A DNA stretch of 64,000 nucleotides from Longimicrobiales bacterium. Lineage in GTDB: Bacteria > Gemmatimonadota > Gemmatimonadetes > Longimicrobiales > Gaopeijiaceae. Under the pieces are notes generated by a model. It did not search any database and was not told the DNA's origin. It saw only the letters and a program-made list of their open reading frames with translations. Made by a program: the position numbers and the translations under genes. Positions 31,066 to 41,520 of the stretch are shown here, in pieces (the first letter of the stretch is position 1; each line of letters opens with the position of its first letter). The stretch covers positions 416,001 to 480,000 of the forward strand of contig CBDCNQ010000004.1 in the NCBI GenBank assembly GCA_965219445.1. Direction: 5' to 3'.

Positions 31066-31206
31066 GGGCTCCTGGGGGGCTCTGTGCTGTGCCGTAGCAA
31101 AACATAGCCGGGGCCATCCGGAGGTCAAAGACACTCCTTTTCTCGTGAGCGCCACGATTCCTCTAGGCCATATGGGTCCGGTCTATCTGGCCACTGAGGG
31201 CCCTCC

Positions 31207-33582
31207 TCACCACTCGGTCCGGACCTCGTGCAGTCCGCTGCGCCGCGCTCGTATCACGATGTCGCCGCTCTGGTCCGTACGCAGGACACGACCCCCCGAT
31301 TCGAGGATCCGGCTCACGACTTCGGCATGGGGATGGCCGTAACGGTTCCTCGCGCCGACCGAAATCACGGCCAGCTCTGGAGAGGTCTGTGCGAGAAGCA
31401 AAGGAGAAGTCGAAGTGTTCGACCCATGGTGACCAACCTTCAGGACCTCGAGCTCAGAAGGAAGATCGTCGAGGATCGCCTCCTCCACCTCCACTGGTGC
31501 GTCGCCGGTCAGGAGAGCCTCGAACTCCCCATAACGGACAAGAAGAACGACGGACTTCGCGTTGGAATCCGTCCCGCTATACGACACCGTCGTAGGACCG
31601 CCAGGATGGAGAACCGAAACTTCGACCCCGTCCAACGTGATCGAGACATCCCTCCGGGCTTCAAGCCAGGGAACCCCGTTCCGGCTGGCCGCCTCCAAGA
31701 CACCCACGTAGGCGTCCCTTCCCGTCGCCTGAAATGGGTCCGCCACGTACCCCACGTCCAATGCTTGGACGACAGCTTCGGCTCCACCGATGTGATCCAG
31801 ATCCGGATGGGTCAACACGAGAGCCTCGATCCGTGCGACTCCCCTGCGGCGCAGATAGGGGAGGACCACCCGCGCGCCTGCGTCGTAGGTTTGTCCCCGC
31901 GGACCCGTGTCCACGAGAATCCACCGGCCTCCGGGAGATCGGATGGCCAAGGCGTCGCCCTGGCCTACGTCGAGAAAAACGATCTCCAACGTACCCGCAC
32001 CGGCCCCCCGCTCGACGAGCGGCGCCACTCCTGCCCCGGCGGCAGCCCAGACCGCGAGCGTCAGCCAGCGAGCCCATCCTCGAAGTCCCACAGCCAGGAA
32101 GCGCATTCCGATCAGGCCACCGAGGCCACCCACGAGGCTTCCTATCAGAGCGGCGTCCCCCACCCAAACGGAGACCCAGGTGGATGAGGCGCAAAAGCGG
32201 GCGAAGGCCTCCAGTGACCGCAGCAGCACGTCCGTGCCCCCGGCAAGGAAATGGGCAAGCGGAGGTGAAATCCATGATATTCCCGTCGCGGCCAAGAGCC
32301 CGGGGATCGCGGCACTGACGAGTGGTGTGGCCACCAGCGTCGCCGGCACGCCCACGACAGAAATCCTCCCGAAATGAAACGCCACGAACGGCATCGTGGC
32401 CAGTGTGGCCCCCACGCCCGCCGCGACCGCATCCTTCAACGCCGGCGGCACTAGACCGAAGGAGTGGGCGTCCAGACCCCTCCGAAGGGGTGGCCTCAGG
32501 ATCACGAGCCCAAGGGCCCCGGCGAAAGACAGCTGAAATCCCGGACGTGAGAGCACGGACGGATCCAGGAGGAACAGAATGATCCCCGCGGACGCAATCG
32601 CTCCGAGTGCCCCCGCCGGCCGCGCCCGCAGCCGCGCGGCCGCCACGAACGTGAAGATGAGCGCCGCCCGGGTCGCTGCGTCCGGAAAGCCGATCAGGCC
32701 GATGTATAGCCACGTGATGGCGGCGGAGTATGCCGGAGCGCGGCGCGGGCCGGCGCCGACACCGCGAACGATGACACTCACGAGGAGCGCCACGACTCCG
32801 ACATGAAAGCCCGAGATCGCGAGTAAATGAGCGATCCCGGCTATAGCGAACGCCTCGCGAACCGTGGGGTCCAAGGCCTCCTTTCGGGCCAAGATCAGGG
32901 CGCTAGCCAAGGGCCAGGTTTCGGGCATGAGGTCCCGCATCCGCGATTCGATCCGTCCCCGGAGGCGTGCCCCGGCCCCCGCGAACCTTGAAGGGGAGAC
33001 ACTCTCGTCGGGTCGCACGTCCGTGAGCAGAAGCGTCCCGGCCGACGCAGGCGCCGCCACCACGGCGTGTGCCGCGCGCTGCCAGGAGCCTATCGCACGC
33101 ACCGGAGTCCCGGCGGGAAGCGCGGCATCGCTCCCCCTCTGGAACGCCCGGACGGAGCCCTCGCAGTTCAGGCCGCGGACCAGACGAAAAGGGCGTGCTC
33201 CTGTCCCGGTCGCGCCCTCGAACCAACCCGTGACCGGTCCCGCGGCGCCGTCCGTCAAATGGAGCCTGCAGTCGCTGCCCATCGCTCGACGCTGTGCGTG
33301 AGTCGAGAGGCTCCCGGCGAGCACGGCCAAGGCCAAGGCTGCCGCCATTGCTCCAGTTTGCACGGTGATGGGAAAACGCGGGAATACTTCGACAAGCTCT
33401 TGCGGGTCTGTTGCGGTTCGGAGAGGCCGCAGGAAGCCAGGGCGAAGCCATGGCAGAATGGGAAGGCAAACAAACGCGAGGGATAACGCGGGCGGGAAGA
33501 AAAGGTCCAGAACCGCATACAGGCCGCTCCCCACGATGAGGGCGAAAGCGACCAGGGCCACCGGTGGCGGTCGAGGCCTCAC
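31207..33582 (-). CDS. comEC: DNA uptake channel ComEC/Rec2
   Basis: HLLAISGFHV, GFQLSF, metallo-beta-lactamase domain DVGQGD, THPDLDHIGG, KVGHHGS, NRYGHP. Confidence 0.93.
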   Translation of the reverse strand: MRPRPPPVALVAFALIVGSGLYAVLDLFFPPALSLAFVCLPILPWLRPGFLRPLRTATDPQELVEVFPRFPITVQTGAMAAALALAVLAGSLSTHAQRRAMGSDCRLHLTDGAAGPVTGWFEGATGTGARPFRLVRGLNCEGSVRAFQRGSDAALPAGTPVRAIGSWQRAAHAVVAAPASAGTLLLTDVRPDESVSPSRFAGAGARLRGRIESRMRDLMPETWPLASALILARKEALDPTVREAFAIAGIAHLLAISGFHVGVVALLVSVIVRGVGAGPRRAPAYSAAITWLYIGLIGFPDAATRAALIFTFVAAARLRARPAGALGAIASAGIILFLLDPSVLSRPGFQLSFAGALGLVILRPPLRRGLDAHSFGLVPPALKDAVAAGVGATLATMPFVAFHFGRISVVGVPATLVATPLVSAAIPGLLAATGISWISPPLAHFLAGGTDVLLRSLEAFARFCASSTWVSVWVGDAALIGSLVGGLGGLIGMRFLAVGLRGWARWLTLAVWAAAGAGVAPLVERGAGAGTLEIVFLDVGQGDALAIRSPGGRWILVDTGPRGQTYDAGARVVLPYLRRRGVARIEALVLTHPDLDHIGGAEAVVQALDVGYVADPFQATGRDAYVGVLEAASRNGVPWLEARRDVSITLDGVEVSVLHPGGPTTVSYSGTDSNAKSVVLLVRYGEFEALLTGDAPVEVEEAILDDLPSELEVLKVGHHGSNTSTSPLLLAQTSPELAVISVGARNRYGHPHAEVVSRILESGGRVLRTDQSGDIVIRARRSGLHEVRTEW

Positions 33583-33621
33583 GGTGGAGCCCGTAACCGC
33601 CGTATGGCATCGGGATTCAGC

Positions 33622-33993
33622 CTACGGCACCTCCTCTCCGTTCCCATCCCATTCTCCAACCCCAGCTTCGCCCCCATCGCTATCACCCTCCACCGGGGGC
33701 GGTGAAAAAAGGTCTTGCTGGGTCCGATCGATGAGGGCGCGCTCCTCGCGATCCTCCTCCTCCAGGCGCTGACGAAGAAGCGCCCGGACCTTGAGATCGC
33801 TGCGGACTCCGGCGACGAGCATGACCACCATTCCCATGAATAGGCCCGTAAACCCCACCACCGTCAGAGGTACGCCGTACAGGACGGTCACCCCGAGGTT
33901 GAGCGTGACCCGCTGCGCCCCATTCAGCACCGCGAAGAGGATCGAGGCCACGAGGACGGAGACAACTCCCAGCGGTCCGATGAACCGAATCAT
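33622..33993 (-). CDS. LapA-like (DUF1049) small membrane protein
   Basis: Two TM segments with FAVLN.Q.V.LNL..P pattern, then a charged tail. Confidence 0.6.
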   Translation of the reverse strand: MIRFIGPLGVVSVLVASILFAVLNGAQRVTLNLGVTVLYGVPLTVVGFTGLFMGMVVMLVAGVRSDLKVRALLRQRLEEEDREERALIDRTQQDLFSPPPVEGDSDGGEAGVGEWDGNGEEVP

Positions 33994-35372
33994 GCGGAGC
34001 CTGTCAGGGCCGGAGCGGTCGAAACCGCCCCGACGAACGTCGCTCCCGTCGTGTCCGTGAGACGCACCTCCTGGTAGGTGCCAACGAGCTCCGTCGATCC
34101 GGCGAACGCGACCACCTTGTTCCGTCGAGTCCGTCCGAGAATCTGTCCTGGATCGCGGGCTTCCTTCTCCACGAGAACCTCTTCCATCCGTCCAACTTCG
34201 GCCCTGTTGATTTCCGCCTGGATTCCTCGATGGACTTCGATGAGTCGCTCGAGTCTCTCCTGACCCTCCCGGTCGGAAACGAAGTCCGCGGCCGGAAAAC
34301 GCGTCGCTGGTGTGCCCTCTCGAGGAGAATACCGATAGGTGTAGGCATCATCGAAGCGGACGGTCCGCATCACCTCGAGCGTTTCTTCGAATTCGTCGTA
34401 TGTCTCCCCAGGAAAAGCCACAATAACGTCGGTCGAAAGCCCGACATCGGGTATCACTGTGCGGGCCATCTCCACCTTCTCGAAAAAGCCCTCGACCGTG
34501 TACCGCCGGAGCATCCGTCGAAGCGTCCGATCACTTCCCGCCTGAAGCGGCAGATGGAGATGCTCACACACCGCAGTTTCCTCCGCCATGACATCCAGCA
34601 GATGCTTCGTCACGTCGCTGGGATGCGGCGACGTGAATCGTACCCGTCGGATTCCCGGAACCCGGGCCACCGACCTTAGAAGATCGGGAAAAGACTGACC
34701 CTCGGCCTCATACGAGTTCACGGTCTGGCCCAGCAGTGTGACCTCCGTCACGCCGGAGTCGGCGATTTCCTCTATTTCACCTAACACGTCCCCCGGTCTC
34801 CGGTTCTTCTCAGGACCCCGCACGTACGGAACGATGCAGAACGTGCAACGGTGGTCGCAGCCTCGTTGGACTGGTACCCATGCGGAAATCCCGGACGAGC
34901 GGCGCTGCTCCAGCCCCTCGTAATTCTCTCCAAGGTGGAGGTCGAGCACTACGAGCTGCGGCCCACGTCTCTTGGCCGACCGCGACGGCCGAATCTTACG
35001 ACCCTCCTCGAGCGCCGCGAGCCGTTCCGGCAGAGACCGGTACCCGTCGGGGCCCATGACCAAATCCACATGAGGCGCCCTCTCCAATAGCGTCTCACCC
35101 ATCCGCTGCGCCATGCAGCCAGTGACACCGATGATCAGGTCCGGACGGTCACGCTTGAGCCCGTAGAGCTGGCCCACCCTGCCGAGCACACGCTTCTCCG
35201 CATGCTCCCGGATGGCGCACGTATTCACTAGGATGACGTCGGCGGCCTCCGGGTCAGCAGAAATCTCGTATCCATGCGCCTCCAGAACGCCCTCCATCAG
35301 CTCTCCATCACTGATGTTCATTTGGCAACCATACGTCTCAACGTATGCGCGCTTTTTAGACCGCTGAATCAT
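33990..35372 (-). CDS. miaB: tRNA i6A37 methylthiotransferase
   Basis: TYGCQMN, NTCAIRE.AE, GCMAQ, GCDHRCTFCIVPYVRG, RFTSPHP, C-terminal TRAM domain. Confidence 0.95.
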   Translation of the reverse strand: MIQRSKKRAYVETYGCQMNISDGELMEGVLEAHGYEISADPEAADVILVNTCAIREHAEKRVLGRVGQLYGLKRDRPDLIIGVTGCMAQRMGETLLERAPHVDLVMGPDGYRSLPERLAALEEGRKIRPSRSAKRRGPQLVVLDLHLGENYEGLEQRRSSGISAWVPVQRGCDHRCTFCIVPYVRGPEKNRRPGDVLGEIEEIADSGVTEVTLLGQTVNSYEAEGQSFPDLLRSVARVPGIRRVRFTSPHPSDVTKHLLDVMAEETAVCEHLHLPLQAGSDRTLRRMLRRYTVEGFFEKVEMARTVIPDVGLSTDVIVAFPGETYDEFEETLEVMRTVRFDDAYTYRYSPREGTPATRFPAADFVSDREGQERLERLIEVHRGIQAEINRAEVGRMEEVLVEKEARDPGQILGRTRRNKVVAFAGSTELVGTYQEVRLTDTTGATFVGAVSTAPALTGSA

Positions 35373-36736
35373 GACGAACTCACGTGGGAAGGCAGGGGCG
35401 ACTCAATACCAGAAGCGGCACACCGGTTCGAGCTGGCCGCGTCGAGTTCAATATAAAGGTCATCCCCACTACCCCGCAGGACGCCCGAGTGGAGACGTCC
35501 ACAATCCTCCACTCCCGCCCCCTCCACGTCCACCCGGAGGTAATCGCCGGTGAGAGCTCGACGGCCCTGGGCCTCCAAGGTGACCAGCGAGGATTCCCCG
35601 GAGCGTGACGCCCGATGGCTGCGATGCTTCTCCTGCGCCAGCGTTCGCAATTCACGGCTGCGCTCCCCTGCGATCCTCTGGGGTACCGGATCCGGAAGCG
35701 CGCTCGCCGCGGTCCCGTCCTTGGGCGAGAACGGAAAGACGTGGAGGTACGTGAAGGGAAGCTCCTCGACGAGTCGCATCGTATCTTCATGGTCCACGTC
35801 GGTCTCGCCCGGAAAGCCCGTGATGATGTCCGCACCCAATCCGATTGGGCGCACAGCGTTCGCGACCTGGAGCGCCCGGGCCCGATACGCCTCCCTGGAA
35901 TGCCATCGCTTCATACGGCGCAAGACCGGATCGGAGCCACTCTGCAAAGGCATGTGCAGATGCGGAGCGACGCGGCCACGCGAAGAGACAATGAGTTCGA
36001 GGAGCAGCTCATCGATTTCCGTCGCCTCGATGCTCCCGAGGCGGAACCGAACTTCTGGGACCGCGTCCAAAAGGCGGGCCAAGAGCACGGAAAGCGTAAT
36101 AGGACTCTCCAGATCCCGGCCGTAATGTCCAATGTGGATCCCCGTCAACACGAGCTCGGGATGGTGGCGCGCCAGCATGCGGGCCTCGAGGATGAGGTCC
36201 CCGGGGGAGCGAGAGCGACTTGCACCGCGCGCAAGCCGTGTAGCGCAGAAGGCGCACTTCCGGTCACAACCATCCTGTACCTTCAGCCAACCCCTCGTCG
36301 CGCCCTCACGTCTCTCCAGGATGGCCCCGCCGATCGGTTCCAGATGCGATCCATCTAGCCCGCGATCCATGCCGAGCTGTACGAGGGATCCACGAGGTGC
36401 GACCGCGCTGGCCACCGCAGCGGTTACCTGAAGGGGGTCGTGTCCCGGTACGACGGAGGAGACACCCTCCATCTCGGCATACTCCCGCGCCCGAAGCACC
36501 GCCGAGCACCCGGCGACGACGATGTGGGTCTGTGGGTTTTCCCTCTTGATGCGCCGAACAAAACGCCTCGCCTCGGCGTCAGCCGCGTTCGTCACGGTAC
36601 AGGTGTTCACCACACAAACGTCGGCGGAGCCCAGGTCGTTCGTAGCAACCACACCTCTGGCTTGCGACTCCTGTCGCATACGCTCTGTATCGTACTGGTT
36701 GGCCTTGCACCCAAAGGTGTGGAAAAGAACCCGCAC
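35369..36736 (-). CDS. mtaB: tRNA t6A37 methylthiotransferase MtaB-like
   Basis: TFGCKANQYD, NTCTVT..AD, KVQDGCDRKCAFC, LTGIHIGHYG, HVFPFS. Confidence 0.88.
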   Translation of the reverse strand: MRVLFHTFGCKANQYDTERMRQESQARGVVATNDLGSADVCVVNTCTVTNAADAEARRFVRRIKRENPQTHIVVAGCSAVLRAREYAEMEGVSSVVPGHDPLQVTAAVASAVAPRGSLVQLGMDRGLDGSHLEPIGGAILERREGATRGWLKVQDGCDRKCAFCATRLARGASRSRSPGDLILEARMLARHHPELVLTGIHIGHYGRDLESPITLSVLLARLLDAVPEVRFRLGSIEATEIDELLLELIVSSRGRVAPHLHMPLQSGSDPVLRRMKRWHSREAYRARALQVANAVRPIGLGADIITGFPGETDVDHEDTMRLVEELPFTYLHVFPFSPKDGTAASALPDPVPQRIAGERSRELRTLAQEKHRSHRASRSGESSLVTLEAQGRRALTGDYLRVDVEGAGVEDCGRLHSGVLRGSGDDLYIELDAASSNRCAASGIESPLPSHVSSS

Positions 36737-36750
36737 GTCGCGCGGCCGCC

Positions 36751-37932
36751 TCAGCGGCCCCCCACCCGAGTTGTCACCGTGAGCCGGCGAAAACTCTCCT
36801 CGAAATTCCCGGAGTTCCGGTTACCCACCTCGATCGCAAGATCCAGCGCCGCCAACGGGAGATCCAAGGCCTGGGACACGACGACTGAGAATCCGAAAGA
36901 GATCGCGCTCTCTCTTACCTTCTTATCCAAGAATCGGAACGGAAGCTCCGAGCGACGATAACCAAACCGCAGAGGGAAGCCGCCCGCCCAAAAGCTCGTC
37001 GCCTCCCACTCAATCCCCGCACCGTACGACAACACTCTGCCACCGCCCGCGGCGTCGACACTCGGATCACCCAAATCAGTCCAGTTCGAAGAAGCAATTC
37101 CCGCATTCACGGCCAACGCCGAGCTGAGCAACGCGGTGGTGGACAGCTTGAACTCCAAAGGTACCGACACTTCCCGATCAACATCCCCAGACCCTTCTGC
37201 CGGATTGACCTTGATCGCCCCCCCCCAACCCAACGTCGCGCCCACCTGAAGGGCAGCACTCGGATCCCAGGAAACATTCAAAGAAGCCAGAGGGCCCGAA
37301 TGATCCCATTGTCCCGAGTCCAAGGACGGACTGATGGGGTCTACCATCGCAAGCGTATCGGCCTGCCCCGGGTCGAACGTCCTACTGAAGCTCCGGGTCA
37401 GCCCCCCCCTGTAGATGCCAACGGTTGCGCCCAATGCAAGGTTGGCCGACAAGCGACGGGCCACGCCCGCCTGGACCGCCACGATTGCCCCATCCGAAAC
37501 AAAGGTGTCGGTGACTCCGAGGCTCCCCCCCGCGATATCAACGGAATCCTCAGACTCGACGGACCAGTTCTGGTCGAATTGGCTTCCCGCCGTGAGTGTG
37601 AACACGCCCAGCGTTCCCAATGGATAGGCGAAACCGATCACGGGAAACCGGGTCCCAAAGAAGTCCCCCTTGTCCGATCCCACGGTGTATTCGCCCCAGT
37701 GCGGCTGGACGGTAAACGCTATCGTAGGCGCCAGAATGTCCAGAGACGCCACAGGATTTCCGGGAATCACTATAGCCGCACGCGTTGTGACTCCTACCCC
37801 GCCGAGCGCCCGCTGCGTGGCATCGAGAGGCTCCAACCTCATCCCCAACCCACTCGATCCCAGCACGGACTGGCCCGCTACGCTGCTCGGCAAAATCAGC
37901 GCGATCAACCAAAATGATCTCGGGTATCTCAT
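36751..37932 (-). CDS. Putative outer-membrane beta-barrel protein (FadL/TodX-like)
   Basis: Signal peptide; QRALGG...GNPVA plug-like motif; amphipathic strands; PLRFGY. Confidence 0.6.
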   Translation of the reverse strand: MRYPRSFWLIALILPSSVAGQSVLGSSGLGMRLEPLDATQRALGGVGVTTRAAIVIPGNPVASLDILAPTIAFTVQPHWGEYTVGSDKGDFFGTRFPVIGFAYPLGTLGVFTLTAGSQFDQNWSVESEDSVDIAGGSLGVTDTFVSDGAIVAVQAGVARRLSANLALGATVGIYRGGLTRSFSRTFDPGQADTLAMVDPISPSLDSGQWDHSGPLASLNVSWDPSAALQVGATLGWGGAIKVNPAEGSGDVDREVSVPLEFKLSTTALLSSALAVNAGIASSNWTDLGDPSVDAAGGGRVLSYGAGIEWEATSFWAGGFPLRFGYRRSELPFRFLDKKVRESAISFGFSVVVSQALDLPLAALDLAIEVGNRNSGNFEESFRRLTVTTRVGGR

Positions 37933-39233
37933 GGCAAGCCCACGTCGTTGGCGATCGTGTACAACAGTCGCAGTGCCGGAGCGCCCGCACCCCCGCCTCC
38001 TTCGAAGGACGCGAACCCGACCGAAAGCGGTTCGATGGCGCTCAACAGAGCCAATGAGACAACTGGCACCGTATCCGTCTCGGCGGTCTCGGAAAGAATC
38101 CCTGCCACGAGCCCGGTCAACAAGAGCGACACCGGCGTGCCAGCCTGTACGGAAAAGAGCTCAGACCCAATGGCCTCAACAACGGGCGCTAGCGGCACTC
38201 CGAGAGGGGATTTGGGGAGCAACTCCGCGACAAGGACGCTGCGGACGTCCAACCTCGTCGTATCCTGGGGCTGGAACGCGGACTCGGTCTGGCGGGTCGT
38301 CAGCACCAACTCCGCGAGGTTGAGGTCGACCTCTGCCAGATCGACCTGACAGCCCACCGTGCCACAAAGCTCGGCCGTGCCGTCGACCATGCGGGGGATC
38401 GACACCGTGATTACCGAGCGCCACGAAGGCACCCCCCCCACGCGGAGCCACCCCGCCGGTGCAGCAGGCTCCGGGTCGATCATGAAACTCAGATCTCGCC
38501 TTCGGACCGTCACTTCCTGGATGGTCTCGGGATCCGTGTCCTGCACTGCCGAGATCTCGAGCCTCATGTCTAGCAAGCGGAGAAAGACCCCGGGCTCGCC
38601 GGCCGCAACAAGGAGCCCTGTCACCCCCGTGGCCGGATCTCCCAGCGCGGCCACCGTCGCCGAGTCGACCGGAATGCTAACGGTATCCACGAGGGCCAAG
38701 GTATCACCCGGTTGTTCGATAAAGGGGTCGAAGGTCCCCCCTCCGAGCAATGTCGTGGGGCCACCTCCGGGTTGGGTCCATAACCGCCGATCTCCAACCG
38801 TGTCGACCGTCACCTCCCACGTCACGGTGGGCGCGTGCCAATCCTCTCTTACATCGAACAGTTCCACATCCACCGGAGCACCTAGGGTGCCGTTCAGCGT
38901 GTCGAAGACGAGCACGACACGTCCTCCCGAGAATCTGGTGGACGCCACTACCTCCTCCACCGTGGGTAGGTCGGCGAAATGTACGAGTGCCCGTGCCTCC
39001 AGCCCGCCAAAGTCAAACGCGACCGCTCCATAACCGAGATCCTGAGCGGATCCGTACCCCCCGAAGACCTGCACGTCATCGATGAAGTCCTCAAAAGGGA
39101 TGACAACCTCTGCGGTACGTGCATCGATCTGGAGGAAACCCAGGTCAGGAGCCGTCGCGTCTTTCTCTGTACAGCTCGACACCGTCCCGGCACAGATCAT
39201 CAATGTCGCCAACAAATATCGCTTCAAACCCAC
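37929..39233 (-). CDS. Hypothetical lipoprotein
   Basis: MGLKRYLLATLMICAGTVSSC lipobox; beta-rich acidic body; stop overlaps the start of the barrel gene. Confidence 0.65.
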   Translation of the reverse strand: MGLKRYLLATLMICAGTVSSCTEKDATAPDLGFLQIDARTAEVVIPFEDFIDDVQVFGGYGSAQDLGYGAVAFDFGGLEARALVHFADLPTVEEVVASTRFSGGRVVLVFDTLNGTLGAPVDVELFDVREDWHAPTVTWEVTVDTVGDRRLWTQPGGGPTTLLGGGTFDPFIEQPGDTLALVDTVSIPVDSATVAALGDPATGVTGLLVAAGEPGVFLRLLDMRLEISAVQDTDPETIQEVTVRRRDLSFMIDPEPAAPAGWLRVGGVPSWRSVITVSIPRMVDGTAELCGTVGCQVDLAEVDLNLAELVLTTRQTESAFQPQDTTRLDVRSVLVAELLPKSPLGVPLAPVVEAIGSELFSVQAGTPVSLLLTGLVAGILSETAETDTVPVVSLALLSAIEPLSVGFASFEGGGGAGAPALRLLYTIANDVGLP

Positions 39234-39242
39234 TTCCTTCGA

Positions 39243-40364
39243 TTATTCAGTCGTCCAAACCCTGGGCATCCGCGCCGTGAAGTCCGTGAGGATCTCGTAA
39301 CTGATCGTTCCTGCCAAGTCCGCAACCTCGTCCAGGGGGAGGACGAGATCCCCGTCCGTGCCGATCAGCGTCGCCGTATCTCCCACATCCACTCCATCCA
39401 CGCCGGTAATGTCTACCACGGTCATGTCCATCGAGATCCGTCCGATAATCGGAACCCTCCGGCGGGAGAGCAGCACACTTCCCCGATTCCCGAGGACCCT
39501 TGGAAAACCATCTCCATAGCCGATGCCGAGCGTGGCCCACCGTTCGTCCCCGGACGAACGATAGGTGGCTCCGTACCCGAGCGTGGTCGCCTCGGGCACC
39601 TCGCGGATGAGCGTGACGCGGGCGCGGACCCGAACCACCTCTTCGGGCGCGGCCACACCTGCACCTATGCTGCCCCCATAGAGAAAAATTCCGGGCCGGA
39701 CCGCGTCCGCGGCGAACGCGGGATATCGCATCGCAGCAGCAGCATTACAGGCGTGGACAAAACTTCCCGCTTCGGGCTTCAGCTGCTCAAGGGCCCCAAT
39801 GAATCTCTCCCATTGGTCTCGAGTCGGCGCCTCGTCCGCCAGATCCGCCGAATGGAAGTGAGTATAGCTTCCCTCCCAAATCGCCGTAGCGGAGGCTGCG
39901 TCCGCCAAGGCGGCTCCCCAGTCGCCTACCCGGCGCCAGTCGAATCCGGATCGGCCCATCCCCGTATCGACCTCTATATGAAATCGACCGACGAGTCCCG
40001 TTTGCGCCGCGGCGGCCGCGACTCGCTCGACGGAATCCAGATCCGACACTGTGAGGGTGAGGTCGTGCGCTACAGCCGAGTCGTATGAGTCGGGCGGCAC
40101 AGGGCTGAAGATGATCACGGCAGCCGTAACGCCTGCACTGCGCAACCTCATGCCCTCCTCCACTGTTGCCACGCCGAACCCCCATGGATCTTCAGGCTCC
40201 AACGTTCGTACGACGTCCTCCATACCCAATCCATATCCATCTGCTTTGACCATGGGGATTACGGAGGTCGCATCTCCGATGGATTCACGGATTCGATGGA
40301 GATTCCGGCGGAGCGCTCCGGGCCGCACTTCCACCCAGGCCCGAGCTTGAGGGTCCGTTGACAT
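39243..40364 (-). CDS. alr: Alanine racemase
   Basis: MVKADGYG (PLP lysine), VDTGMGRSG, VRPGIFLYG, GYGATY, GYGDG, GRISMD. Confidence 0.96.
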   Translation of the reverse strand: MSTDPQARAWVEVRPGALRRNLHRIRESIGDATSVIPMVKADGYGLGMEDVVRTLEPEDPWGFGVATVEEGMRLRSAGVTAAVIIFSPVPPDSYDSAVAHDLTLTVSDLDSVERVAAAAAQTGLVGRFHIEVDTGMGRSGFDWRRVGDWGAALADAASATAIWEGSYTHFHSADLADEAPTRDQWERFIGALEQLKPEAGSFVHACNAAAAMRYPAFAADAVRPGIFLYGGSIGAGVAAPEEVVRVRARVTLIREVPEATTLGYGATYRSSGDERWATLGIGYGDGFPRVLGNRGSVLLSRRRVPIIGRISMDMTVVDITGVDGVDVGDTATLIGTDGDLVLPLDEVADLAGTISYEILTDFTARMPRVWTTE

Positions 40365-40440
40365 ATCCGTTGAAAGAAGCGAAAAGGTATTCCCTGATCA
40401 AGTTCCGTTTCTCCACATAAGAAGATCGAGGAAGACCGGC

Positions 40441-41241
40441 ATGGGCTCCCATGACAGCAATCCCAATCCACCGGACCTGGGCACGGGTCACCTGGATCGG
40501 GCCGTAGAACTCGTGCGCTTTCTCAGGGTCGAATGCCCCTGGGACCGCGAGCAGACCCCCCAAAGCTTGGTCCCGCATCTTCTCGAGGAGGCCCACGAGG
40601 TCGTGGACGCCATTCGGGAGAGTCATGACGACGACCTGGAGGGTGAGTTGGGCGATCTGCTTCTCAACCTCTCGTTTCAGGTCGTGCTCGGCGAAGAGCG
40701 CGGGGCTTTCACGGCCGCCTCGGTTATGGAGCGGCTGGAGAAGAAAATGTGGGACCGACACCCACACCTTTTCGGCCTCGGAGAGAGGGAGGACTGGGAG
40801 GTCCTAAAAGCTAGAGAGCGGCAGGAAGAATTTGGAGAGGAGAGTCCCTCCGTCCTCGCCGGCATACCCGCGGGCCTAGATCCCCTACACAAGGCGCACC
40901 GCATCCAGGACAGAGTCAGTGGAGTGGGGTTCGACTGGGCCGACGCGATAGGAGCTCTCGAGAAGGTCCATGAGGAAGTCGGGGAAGTTCGGGAGGCCCT
41001 CGCTCACGACGGTTCCCAACATCTCGAGGAGGAACTCGGGGACCTCCTCTTCGCGGTCGTGAACCTCGTGAGGCTGGCGGGAAGCCACTGCGCGACTGCG
41101 CTCGAGCACGCGAATCATAAGTTCTCCCGCCGATTCGAACGCCTCGAGACGATGGCCGCCGAACTCGACATTTCGATCCAAGACGCCACGCTCGATGTGC
41201 TCGACGCCATCTGGGACGAAGTGAAGATCGAGGAGGGTTGA
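40441..41241 (+). CDS. mazG: Nucleoside triphosphate pyrophosphohydrolase MazG
   Basis: CPWDREQT, EEAHE, ELGDLL, RHPH; second domain GFDW..KV.EE...EELGDLLF. Confidence 0.95.
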   Translation: MGSHDSNPNPPDLGTGHLDRAVELVRFLRVECPWDREQTPQSLVPHLLEEAHEVVDAIRESHDDDLEGELGDLLLNLSFQVVLGEERGAFTAASVMERLEKKMWDRHPHLFGLGEREDWEVLKARERQEEFGEESPSVLAGIPAGLDPLHKAHRIQDRVSGVGFDWADAIGALEKVHEEVGEVREALAHDGSQHLEEELGDLLFAVVNLVRLAGSHCATALEHANHKFSRRFERLETMAAELDISIQDATLDVLDAIWDEVKIEEG

Positions 41242-41472
41242 ACACGATGCGTACGCGGTGCTGCTGGTCGTCGTATCGCTCAGCCGAGGATCGATCCCCT
41301 CAAGCTCACTCAGGAGCGCGTCGCTCCGGTCCCTTTCGTTCACGATGTCCTGGCTCGTCGGGGGATTGGTCGCCTCCATTCGATAGAGTGTGTCCCATCT
41401 TTAGTTGAAATTGAAGCGGCCTCCGACCTTAGGTAACGTGAGTGTGCGAGCACGCCACGGGACCACAGAAGA

Positions 41473-41520
41473 GGAAGGAAGCCACCGATGGGAAGGATGC
41501 CACCGATGGGAAGGATGCCA
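41473..41520. repeat. 18-bp tandem repeat, about 2.7 copies
   Basis: ggaaggaagccaccgatg / ggaaggatgccaccgatg / ggaaggatgcca. Confidence 0.85.

Noticed and set aside
40885..41379. 164-aa minus-strand ORF
   Set aside because: Mostly antisense to mazG; the unique 5' part has no recognisable homology, at best a gene fragment.
41473..41520. Possible CRISPR array
   Set aside because: The repeats are contiguous with no spacers, are only 18 bp long, and no cas genes are present.
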